Shown here piece by piece: positions 9,134 to 17,641 of a stretch of DNA of 64,000 bases. The notes beneath the pieces are model-generated. The model saw only the letters and a list, made by a program, of their open reading frames with translations. It made no database searches and was not told where the DNA came from. A program made the translations under genes and the position numbers. Each line of letters begins with the position of its first letter. Positions within the stretch are counted from its first letter, which is position 1. This DNA is from Syntrophales bacterium (GTDB taxonomy: Bacteria; Desulfobacterota; Syntrophia; Syntrophales; PHBD01). The stretch is taken from the NCBI GenBank assembly GCA_963668175.1, contig OY764159.1, forward strand, positions 352,001 through 416,000, given 5' to 3'.

Positions 9134-11028
9134 TAAAATCCGTTGAGAGAAAGCACGCTCTGGTCTGTGTCCTCGTTACGGTTCTTCTAATCGTGGCCGC
9201 CTATTCGAATACCCTGCGCGCGCCCTTCATCTTTGACGACCGAGTCAATATCGCCGACAACATGTCCATCCGGAGCATGTGGCCGCCCTGGGAGCCTCTC
9301 TATGTCTCCCCAGACACGGGCATAACCGGAAGACCTTTAATCAACTTCACCTTCGCCCTCAACTATGCCGTCAGTGGCGACGATGTCTGGAGCTATCACG
9401 CCCTCAATATTATCATCCAAATCCTGGCGGCCCTGATTCTGTGGGGATTAATAAGGCGAACACTGGAACGGCAGCAACTCGACATCAACAAGACATGGCA
9501 ACCGGCATGGGTTGCCCTCGGCTGCACACTCGTGTGGGCTCTCCACCCCCTCCAGACCCAGGCTGTGACCTACCTGTCCCAGCGATGCGAATCCCTGATG
9601 GGGCTTTTCTTTCTCCTGGTCTTCTACTGTGCCGTCAGGGGCTGGCAATCAGACCGGCACCAGAGGGCCTGGCACCTGCTGGCCATCCTCTCCTTCGTTG
9701 CAGGAGCCGGCTGCAAGGAGGTGATCGCCGCCTCTCCCGTCCTTCTGTTCCTCTACGAATGGGTATTCACCAGAAGGAGTTGGAAAGACATACTGAAGAC
9801 TTCCCCCTTGCTGTACTCGGGACTCGCGTTGGGTTTGGCCTGCGAACTCCTCCTCGTCGCCGCGGGAGGGACGACCTCAACCGGCACGGGTAATCATGCT
9901 TTTACTTTAACGGAATACTGGCTGACGCAGACTCCGGTGATTCTTCACTACATTCGGCTGGTCTTCTGGCCTTCCGATCTCGCTCTCGATTACGGCATGG
10001 ATTTTCACGGCATGATTGAAACATGGCCGGCCCTTTTCATTGTTGCTGCTTTGCTTCCTGTCTCTCTATGGCTTCTGTATAGGCGACAGCCGACGGGATT
10101 TTTGTCCGCCTGGTTCTTCATCATCCTGTCCCCGACATCGCTGTATCCTCTGCCCGACGTAATTTACGAGCATCGCATGTATCTGCCATCCATAGCGATC
10201 GTCGTCCTGGCCACAGGCGGGTTATATCAAATCATTCGCCTGGCAAGCGAGCATTTCATTCCAGGTGTCGCTGCCCGGCGAGTTATTTTAAACAAATCCG
10301 GCCAATATGTCTTGACCCTGCTTATTCTGGCCGTGGCGGTGTCGACCTATGCCAGGAATCTCTACTATCAAGCAGATGTTTCCATCTGGGCGGATAATGT
10401 AGCCAAAAGGCCACAATGCGCCAGAGCACACGTCAATTTAGGGAATGCGCTTTCTGTCATTGGAAGGCCTGTCGATGCCATCCGCCACTTTCAACAGGCT
10501 ATCTCTCTTATAAAATCGCAAGGCATGAGAACCAATTCTCAGAGTCTTATCAACGCTTACAGCAATATGGGTGTTGCTTATCTTCAACTCGAGCAATGGA
10601 AGTCGGCGGAATACTATTTCCGGAAAGCTCTCCAGATTTGGCCGAATAGCGCCCATGCACATACGAATTTAGGTAGGGCTTTATTAATGCTGAAACAAAA
10701 CGATGAAGCCTTTTTTCACTTTCAACAGGCAATTTTAATCAAGCCCCATTATGCCGATGCTCAAGCCAATTATGGTGTCTTCCTTAATGAACAAGGAAAT
10801 TCTGAAGAGGCGATGGTTCATTTTCAGACCGCTCTTCAGGTCATGCCAAAACATGTTGAAGCCAATAACGGCATGGGCACTGTCATGTATCGACGGGGGC
10901 TGTACCCTGCGGCTCGAAACTATTTTAATAAAGTCCTTGAGGTGAGACCGAATCACGAATTCGCACGCAACATGTTGATCGAGCTTGACAAGAAGTCAGA
11001 CAATGGGAGAGAAAGAACAGGTAGATAA
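9130..11028 (+). CDS. TMTC-like GT-C glycosyltransferase with TPR domain, copy 3
   Basis: Same motifs; AAGGAG before a GTG start that overlaps the stop of copy 2. Confidence 0.75.
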   Translation: MIKSVERKHALVCVLVTVLLIVAAYSNTLRAPFIFDDRVNIADNMSIRSMWPPWEPLYVSPDTGITGRPLINFTFALNYAVSGDDVWSYHALNIIIQILAALILWGLIRRTLERQQLDINKTWQPAWVALGCTLVWALHPLQTQAVTYLSQRCESLMGLFFLLVFYCAVRGWQSDRHQRAWHLLAILSFVAGAGCKEVIAASPVLLFLYEWVFTRRSWKDILKTSPLLYSGLALGLACELLLVAAGGTTSTGTGNHAFTLTEYWLTQTPVILHYIRLVFWPSDLALDYGMDFHGMIETWPALFIVAALLPVSLWLLYRRQPTGFLSAWFFIILSPTSLYPLPDVIYEHRMYLPSIAIVVLATGGLYQIIRLASEHFIPGVAARRVILNKSGQYVLTLLILAVAVSTYARNLYYQADVSIWADNVAKRPQCARAHVNLGNALSVIGRPVDAIRHFQQAISLIKSQGMRTNSQSLINAYSNMGVAYLQLEQWKSAEYYFRKALQIWPNSAHAHTNLGRALLMLKQNDEAFFHFQQAILIKPHYADAQANYGVFLNEQGNSEEAMVHFQTALQVMPKHVEANNGMGTVMYRRGLYPAARNYFNKVLEVRPNHEFARNMLIELDKKSDNGRERTGR

Positions 11029-11040
11029 AGGGAATTCAAC

Positions 11041-12465
11041 ATGAAAGTATTGCTTATTTATCCGCCCATCACCATGTGGGAGCGCTATTCGTCGGATATC
11101 GGACACGCGGGAGGGCGGCAGTTGCCCCTCGGCATTTTTTATCTGGCATCCTACATCAGGAGCAAGGGTCACGAAGTGTGTGTCATCGATGCGGAAGCGC
11201 AACAAAAGACGGTTGCCGATCTGGTGGCCATCGCAAGTCAATTTCACCCCGATGCCGTAGGCATCAGTGCCACCACCGTCGCATTCCCCCGGGCCATTCA
11301 GGTTGCCGAGGCTATCAAAGAACAGTTAGGCGATATTCCGATCATTTTGGGCGGCCCCCATGTGACGGCGGCAGCCGAGGATGCGATGTCTCATCCGTCC
11401 GTCGACCTAGCCGTCATGGGCGAAGGAGAAGTCACGCTGACCGCTCTGCTCGAAACCCTGGACAAGGGAGGCGACTTGTCCACCCTCGATGGAATTGTCT
11501 TCCGTCGCAACGGACAGGTGGTTTCGACGCCTCGTCACCCCTATATCGATGATATCGACAATATACCGTTTCCCGCCTACGACCTGGTGCCGGACATGAC
11601 CCTCTACAATCCGCCGCCGGCCAATTACAAAGCCTTGCCCATCGCCAACATTATCACCAGCCGCGGCTGCCCGAATCAATGCACCTTCTGCGACCGCTCG
11701 GTTTTCGGCCAGAAATTACGACTCCGGAGCCCTGAAAACATCGCTGCGGAAATCGAAATGCTTTACCGGCAATACCATGTCCGGGAAATCGCGTTCGTGG
11801 ACGACACGTTTACACTACGTCCCGACCACATTATTGAACTATTTAAAATCCTTGACGAAAAAAACATCCACTTCCCATGGACATGCATGAGCCGTATCAA
11901 CACGGTCGATCATGACATATTGAAATTCATGAAGGAGCATGGATGCTGGCACATTTCTTTTGGCATCGAATCCGGCAGCGACGAGATACTGAAACTGATC
12001 AAAAAGAAGATATCTCTGAAAAGAGCCGCGGAGATTATCGCCATATGCAGCAATCTTCATATCCGGACAAAAGGCTTTTTCATCGTTGGTCATCCCGGGG
12101 AAACTGCCGACACCATCGAGCAGACGATTCGGTTGGCTCTCGGACTCCCTCTCGACGATGTCGTTGTTACACTCAATACACCCTTACCGGGAACAGAACA
12201 GTATGAGGCGGCCGCAGATTTCGGGACACTGGGCATGTTGGATTGGTCAACTTTCAACATGTGGAATCCCGTCTTTGTTCCCAGAGGACTTTCCCGGGAA
12301 TTCCTAATTTCGAAACACAAGGAGTTCTATCGCCGGTTTTATCTGAGACCCCGGATCGTGGCCAGGTACCTGCTGAGTTTTTTGTCCGCATCGGGTATCC
12401 GCCGTTTTTTTGCACTATTGCAGAGCCTACCGTTTCTCCTGCAAACCAGAAAAGGAAAACGGTAG
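11041..12465 (+). CDS. Cobalamin-binding radical SAM protein (class B methyltransferase-like)
   Basis: N-terminal B12-binding region (PLGIFYLAS, ILGGPH, GEGE); TSRGCPNQCTFC is the CxxxCxxC motif; FGIESGS. Confidence 0.85.
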   Translation: MKVLLIYPPITMWERYSSDIGHAGGRQLPLGIFYLASYIRSKGHEVCVIDAEAQQKTVADLVAIASQFHPDAVGISATTVAFPRAIQVAEAIKEQLGDIPIILGGPHVTAAAEDAMSHPSVDLAVMGEGEVTLTALLETLDKGGDLSTLDGIVFRRNGQVVSTPRHPYIDDIDNIPFPAYDLVPDMTLYNPPPANYKALPIANIITSRGCPNQCTFCDRSVFGQKLRLRSPENIAAEIEMLYRQYHVREIAFVDDTFTLRPDHIIELFKILDEKNIHFPWTCMSRINTVDHDILKFMKEHGCWHISFGIESGSDEILKLIKKKISLKRAAEIIAICSNLHIRTKGFFIVGHPGETADTIEQTIRLALGLPLDDVVVTLNTPLPGTEQYEAAADFGTLGMLDWSTFNMWNPVFVPRGLSREFLISKHKEFYRRFYLRPRIVARYLLSFLSASGIRRFFALLQSLPFLLQTRKGKR

Positions 12466-12567
12466 CCGCTACGGATCAAAAGCTTCAGACCTGCTATTGA
12501 AAGGGAATGCAAAGCGTCTTTTCATGCTGTTCTCTCTCATGGCTTCGGAAAAGGAGTGAATGAAAAA

Positions 12568-13584
12568 ATGGGAATCGAAAATCGAAACCTCGCCGTCGTG
12601 ATCCCGGCTTACAAAGCGGAAGCGACAATTTCGGCCGTCGTGGACCTGATCCCATCGTATGTCGATTGGATCGTTATCGTCAATGACGCCTCGACGGACA
12701 GAACGCAGGAAGTTGTCGAGCGTATTCGCGATCCCCGCATTCATTTGATCAACCATCAAAAGAATCAGGGAGTCGGTGGGGCCATGCTCTCCGGTTTCAA
12801 AAAGGCAGTGGACCTCGGTGCGGATATCATTGCCAAGCTCGATGCGGACGGTCAGATGGATCCCCGGTTTCTGGATCGTTTCGCTCTCACGGCGATCCGC
12901 TACCAATGCGACTACGTCAAGGCCAACCGCTTCGGCCACATCGAGGCCCTTCCCGCCATGCCCAAAATCCGGCTGGCCGGAAATCTTCTCCTCACGTTTT
13001 TAACCAAATGGGCGTCCGGCTACTGGAACGTCTTCGATCCTCAAAACGGCTATGTGATGATTACCCGAAGAATGATCAAACGCCTTGATTTTACAAAAAT
13101 AGATAAGAGCTATTTCTTTGAAAACAGTATGCTCATCAACCTGAATATTTTAAGGGCCCAAATCGGCGAAATTTACCTTCCGGCCCTTTACGGTGAGGAG
13201 GTGTCCTCCATGCGGTTGGGAAGAATCATCAAGGATTTTCCCGTGAAACTGATGCGCGGCTATTTGCATCGCATCTACCAGAAATACATCTTCCGGAGCC
13301 TCTCTCCGTTTATCTTTCTTTTCCTCTTCGGAATTCTGTCCACGGCTTGGGGCTGTGCATGGGGCGGCGTCGCCTGGTGGAAGTCCTATTTCACCGGAAC
13401 ACCGGCGACCACCGGCACAGTCATTCTTGCCCTGCTACCCCTTCTCTTAGGCTGGACGGCCCTGCTGCAGGCATTCATTCTGGATGTTCAGGATGCGGGC
13501 CCTTGCTTACTCTTCGATCACGATGACGAAACATTAAAATCGGTTGAAAGGAACGAATCCGATCGTTTAAGAAATCGGGGATGA
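12568..13584 (+). CDS. GT2 glycosyltransferase, polyprenol-phosphate sugar synthase (DPM1/GtrB-like) with C-terminal TM helices
   Basis: VVIPAY, VNDASTD, NQGVGGA, DADGQ and DPQNGY motifs; AAGGAG at 12551 precedes ATG 12568. Confidence 0.8.
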   Translation: MGIENRNLAVVIPAYKAEATISAVVDLIPSYVDWIVIVNDASTDRTQEVVERIRDPRIHLINHQKNQGVGGAMLSGFKKAVDLGADIIAKLDADGQMDPRFLDRFALTAIRYQCDYVKANRFGHIEALPAMPKIRLAGNLLLTFLTKWASGYWNVFDPQNGYVMITRRMIKRLDFTKIDKSYFFENSMLINLNILRAQIGEIYLPALYGEEVSSMRLGRIIKDFPVKLMRGYLHRIYQKYIFRSLSPFIFLFLFGILSTAWGCAWGGVAWWKSYFTGTPATTGTVILALLPLLLGWTALLQAFILDVQDAGPCLLFDHDDETLKSVERNESDRLRNRG

Positions 13585-13614
13585 TTCGACCCTATTCCGT
13601 CGGTTTTATAAAAT

Positions 13615-13642
13615 AAAAAAGGGGGCAAGTAAACTTGCCCCC
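13615..13642 (-). terminator. Intrinsic terminator downstream of pilA, between convergent genes
   Basis: GGGGGCAAGT-AA-ACTTGCCCCC with an A6 run on its left, which is a U-tract on the minus strand. Confidence 0.8.
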
Positions 13643-13667
13643 TGCATAAAAACCGGTTACGTTATCG

Positions 13668-14039
13668 TTACGGTGCTGAGGTGATGACGCCGGCCGAGTC
13701 GATGGTGAACGTCTTGGGACCGCTTGCATGTTTCGCAGTGATGGTACCCGCACTCTGACCCATGGCAGGAGTTACCGCGACATCCGTCGTCTGGTTAAAC
13801 CCGTAGGACTTCAAATTATCCAGAGTCGGCGTGCCAGCGGGATTGTCCGAGAAATAGGCCTGCGCCGCTGTATAGGCATTCTTGACGTCCGCATTGGCGG
13901 AAGCATTGTAGCCTCTCTGCCTGTAAGCCGTAAACTGCGGGATGGCGATGGCAGCCAGAATACCGATGATCGCGATGACGATCATGAGTTCGATCAACGT
14001 GAAACCTTTCTGTCCTCTCTTGTGAAACGCTCTAATCAT
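13668..14039 (-). CDS. pilA: Type IVa major pilin
   Basis: Prepilin cleavage site [26 protein letters not shown] with E5; RBS AAGGAG; 111 aa mature protein. Confidence 0.95.
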   Translation of the reverse strand: MIRAFHKRGQKGFTLIELMIVIAIIGILAAIAIPQFTAYRQRGYNASANADVKNAYTAAQAYFSDNPAGTPTLDNLKSYGFNQTTDVAVTPAMGQSAGTITAKHASGPKTFTIDSAGVITSAP

Positions 14040-14207
14040 ATTTTTTCTCCTTTATTTAAAGTATATTATTTCTTATTCATTGAAAACCGCATAAAACTTC
14101 TATCTCTTCCCAAATCACCTCCTTTTCTGATCGTTCGTTTTACGATGGTTTCCTTTTCAAACGAATTTGAATTTCAAAGTCTCTTGTATCGGACGTTAAT
14201 GACCGTT

Positions 14208-14223
14208 TGCAACCCGTGTGCCA
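14208..14223 (-). promoter_or_regulatory. Sigma54 (-24/-12) promoter of pilA
   Basis: Minus strand TGGCAC-ACGGG-TTGCA matches the TGGCAC-N5-TTGCW consensus exactly; pilA genes are commonly RpoN-dependent. Confidence 0.85.
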
Positions 14224-14467
14224 CGCTCTCCCGCGGCACAACATATTCATGAATTTATCTTTACATATAGATACTTGCGATTTCGCAACCATTCACGTTG
14301 CACGCAGAGGCTGATATGGGTTGGTCCTTAAATCCGGTGATTTTCACCGCTCACTGTTTTTTTCACGACTTTTTCATGAAACACGGGCGGAGCTCACGAC
14401 TTTGTGATATTGATCTTCCCATTGCATATCGTGATACCGTAGCGAGAGAACGTGAACATTGTAAATC

Positions 14468-16339
14468 ATGATAAACACTTATATACATCACGCTTTCACC
14501 CTTCTGCTCATGATCGTTTTGAGCGGGGTTGCTGTTGGGACCGGCACCATCTTCTTGAACAGAATAAACGTTGCTTTCGCCGGCATCGCAGAGCGAATAT
14601 TTTATTCGCTGGGATTGGGATTGGCTGCCATGGCTTATGCAGTCTTCATCCTTTGCGCCCTACAAGCCATTTATCCGTCTGTTATTTATACTCTTATGGC
14701 CTTTTTTTCACTCGTTGGCCTGCCGGGTAGTCTGAATCTCATTAGACAGATCACACCCTCGCGCGCGTTGTCACACCAAGGTATATTAGAGAGTGGGGCC
14801 TTCATTCTTTTGGCAATAACCCTGGGTTCGCTGTTCCTCCTCGTTCTGACACCGGAAATCGGTAAAGACGCCCTCATCTATCACCTGGCCGTCCCAAAGC
14901 TCTTCATCGAACACCATGGCTTCTATTTCATCGAAGGCAACGCTTTCGCAAACTACCCTCTCTTCGGCGAGATGCTGTATATTATGGGATTGGTCCTCCA
15001 GGATGACATCCTGGCAAAAACCATCCATTTTATTCCCTTGTTAGCGATTCTCACGGGTACAGGGATATTCATCCATCAACGGTTCGGCAAAAGCGCTTTT
15101 CCTTATCTTACGCTCCTCATCTTCTTGTCCGTTCCATCTGTCTTCATAACAGCCCATATGGCCTATAATGATTTTTTCGTTACCTATTTCTGCTTAGCGG
15201 CGGTTCTTGCTTTCATCTCGTGGTCGGAACAAAATGGCGACGGATGGCTGATATTGTGCGGGCTATATTCGGGACTGGCTGTCGCCTGCAAATACACGGC
15301 CCTGCTGTTGCCTTTTCTGGGGGTGCTGGGCCTTCTCTGGAACGCCAGAAGCCGGAGCTTATCCACACGGGAAACCGTTCATATCCTTATTCTTTATGCG
15401 ATCAGCCTGATTCTGGCCGGCAGTCCTTTCTACATCAAGAACTGGATCGTAACCGGCAATCCCGTTTATCCTTTTCTGTATAGCATCTTCGGCGGCGTGG
15501 GTTGGGATCCTGATCAGGCAAGGCTTTACGATATCTTCGTTCAAACGCTCGGCATGGGTAAAGAGGCGATAGATTATCTCCTCCTTCCCTGGAATGTGAG
15601 CCTCAGGGCAAAATTGGACAGTCCCCAATTCGACGGTATCCTGGGACCGGTTTTTCTGCTGACCCTGCCTTTCATTCTGGGCATACGCAAGCAGGGACGT
15701 GACTTCACGATCATCCTGATATATTGTGCCTGCATGCTGATCTTCTGGGCTGCTTCCGTCCATCAGATCCGCTACCTGTTCCCGGTCCTGCCGATGCTAT
15801 GCATCACGATAGCTTATATTCTTTCTTACTATAAGGATCGCAAGTCCGTATCGGCCGTCCTTTTTATCCTTGTTGCCATCTCTCTGATCTATAATTTTTA
15901 TTACATCGCACAGGATTTCCGGAAAATAAGGCCCCTCGGCGTCGTTTCCGGAATGGAAAAACGGACCGATTTTCTAAAGCGCACAATCCCCGTATACGTT
16001 ATGTACGACTACATCAACCGCGAACTGCCGCCCGATGCGAAAGTCTATCTCGTCTTCATGAAAAATTACGGTTTTCTCTGCGATCGCACATTTTATGCCG
16101 ATGCGATGTTTGAATCATACACCCTTCAGAAGATTCTCTCGATCTCTCGAAATGGACAGGAAGTCAACGAAGCGTTTAAGAAAAAAGGGGTCACCCATAT
16201 CCTGTACGACGCCCATTATGTTACCGGGGACCTGAGCACGCTGTCGCCTCAGGAAAAACGTCTTTTTACATCTTATCGGAACGAATACCTGAACTTTATC
16301 GCAGGAGATAAGTCTTATCTTCTGTACGTTTTAAAATAA
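14468..16339 (+). CDS. ArnT/GT39-like polytopic membrane glycosyltransferase, divergent from pilA
   Basis: DALIYHLAVPK, YND, GLAVACKYT, NWIVTGNPVYPF and QIRYLFP motifs; more than 10 hydrophobic segments. Confidence 0.65.
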   Translation: MINTYIHHAFTLLLMIVLSGVAVGTGTIFLNRINVAFAGIAERIFYSLGLGLAAMAYAVFILCALQAIYPSVIYTLMAFFSLVGLPGSLNLIRQITPSRALSHQGILESGAFILLAITLGSLFLLVLTPEIGKDALIYHLAVPKLFIEHHGFYFIEGNAFANYPLFGEMLYIMGLVLQDDILAKTIHFIPLLAILTGTGIFIHQRFGKSAFPYLTLLIFLSVPSVFITAHMAYNDFFVTYFCLAAVLAFISWSEQNGDGWLILCGLYSGLAVACKYTALLLPFLGVLGLLWNARSRSLSTRETVHILILYAISLILAGSPFYIKNWIVTGNPVYPFLYSIFGGVGWDPDQARLYDIFVQTLGMGKEAIDYLLLPWNVSLRAKLDSPQFDGILGPVFLLTLPFILGIRKQGRDFTIILIYCACMLIFWAASVHQIRYLFPVLPMLCITIAYILSYYKDRKSVSAVLFILVAISLIYNFYYIAQDFRKIRPLGVVSGMEKRTDFLKRTIPVYVMYDYINRELPPDAKVYLVFMKNYGFLCDRTFYADAMFESYTLQKILSISRNGQEVNEAFKKKGVTHILYDAHYVTGDLSTLSPQEKRLFTSYRNEYLNFIAGDKSYLLYVLK

Positions 16340-16490
16340 GCATTCCGGCCGATGCACGGCTTAAGGAATAAAAAGGATTTCATCGTGTCTTAAGAAAGGC
16401 ATACCGCAATTGTCTCGACAATCGAGCCTTGACACTCATCCGATATTCGCATTATAGATGGCATAGAGAATGGATTGGAACTTACAGAAA

Positions 16491-16871
16491 ATGTACGAAG
16501 TTACCATAAAACGGTCTTTCTCCGCCGCCCACACCCTGAAGAACATCGGGGGACAATGCGAAACGCTCCATGGGCACAACTTCGTCGTGGAGGTGACTGT
16601 ATCGGGACAGAAATTGAATGGGGAAGGCGTTCTCATCGATTTCAGAATTCTCAAGCAGTGGACCGACCAGGTCCTCGTATCCCTGGATCATCAATACTTA
16701 AACGATCTTCCTTATTTCAAGGATATCAACCCCTCTTCCGAACAGATTGCGAAATATATTTACGATTGGATCGGCGGCCGGACCAAATCGCTTGATCTGG
16801 TCGTGGCGAGCGTTACCGTCTGGGAATCGGAAAACGCCAAGGCAACGTACCGCGTTGAAACGAAGGAATGA
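16491..16871 (+). CDS. queD: 6-carboxy-5,6,7,8-tetrahydropterin synthase
   Basis: FSAAH, CETLHGHN, LDHQYLND, PSSE and VWES; start taken at MYEV. Confidence 0.9.
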   Translation: MYEVTIKRSFSAAHTLKNIGGQCETLHGHNFVVEVTVSGQKLNGEGVLIDFRILKQWTDQVLVSLDHQYLNDLPYFKDINPSSEQIAKYIYDWIGGRTKSLDLVVASVTVWESENAKATYRVETKE

Positions 16872-17638
16872 TGATCGATATCCAGAACCAGAAAGATACG
16901 AGAAAGATCAATATCCAGAAGGTCGGGGTCAAGGGCATCAAGTACCCTATCATCGTCCTGGACCGCGCTCACGGCACCCAGCCGGTCAATGCCTCCATCA
17001 ACATGTACGTCAATCTGCCCCATCATTTCAAGGGAACCCATATGAGCCGGTTCGTCGAGGTTCTGAATGAATTCCGCGGTCAGATCAACATTAAGACCTT
17101 CCAGACGATTCTGACGAAAGTGAAAGAAAAACTCCATGCCGCCTCGGCGCATATGGAGATCGAATTCCCCTATTTCCTGGAAAAAACGGCTCCGGTATCC
17201 AAGGCCAAGAGCCTGATGGAATATCGATGTTCGTTCTGCGGCGAGAACAACGGCCGAAAGACGGACTTTCTGGTGAGCGTCGTCGTTCCTATAACCACCG
17301 TTTGTCCTTGTTCAAAAGAAATCAGCAATATGGGCGCTCATAACCAGCGCAGCATAGTTACCGTGAAGGTTCGATTTGCGAAATTTTTCTGGATAGAGGA
17401 TATTATCAGGATCGTCGAAAATTCGGGAAGCGGCGAGGTCTATTCCCTCCTCAAGCGGATCGATGAGAAGTACGTCACGGAAAAGGGATTCGAAAACCCG
17501 ATGTTTGTAGAGGACGTGGTTCGCAACGTGGCACAGCAACTCAAGAAAGACGATAATTTTACCTGGTTCAGCGTCGAAGCGGAAAACTTCGAAAGCATCC
17601 ACAACCACAGCGCCTACGCCTATGTGGAGAAAGAGTAG
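16868..17638 (+). CDS. folE2: GTP cyclohydrolase I type IB (FolE2)
   Basis: KGTHMSRF, CPCSKEIS, GAHNQRS, NPMFVED and ESIHNHSA. Confidence 0.92.
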   Translation: MMIDIQNQKDTRKINIQKVGVKGIKYPIIVLDRAHGTQPVNASINMYVNLPHHFKGTHMSRFVEVLNEFRGQINIKTFQTILTKVKEKLHAASAHMEIEFPYFLEKTAPVSKAKSLMEYRCSFCGENNGRKTDFLVSVVVPITTVCPCSKEISNMGAHNQRSIVTVKVRFAKFFWIEDIIRIVENSGSGEVYSLLKRIDEKYVTEKGFENPMFVEDVVRNVAQQLKKDDNFTWFSVEAENFESIHNHSAYAYVEKE

Positions 17639-17641
17639 CCT

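Noticed and set aside
5429..9893. Repeated alternate-frame ORFs (5429..6319, 7351..7965, 9279..9893) and their antisense ORFs
   Set aside because: Shadows of the duplicated TMTC-like coding sequence; Arg/Pro-rich with no motifs
5280..11028. Diversity-generating retroelement (TR/VR pair) explaining the near-identical repeats
   Set aside because: No reverse transcriptase in the window, repeats are far longer than a TR/VR, and differences are not adenine-specific (C/A, T/G, G/C and T/C changes occur)
16340..16490. preQ1 riboswitch upstream of queD
   Set aside because: No recognisable preQ1 stem-loop with A-rich tail; only a possible TTGACA promoter element at 16429
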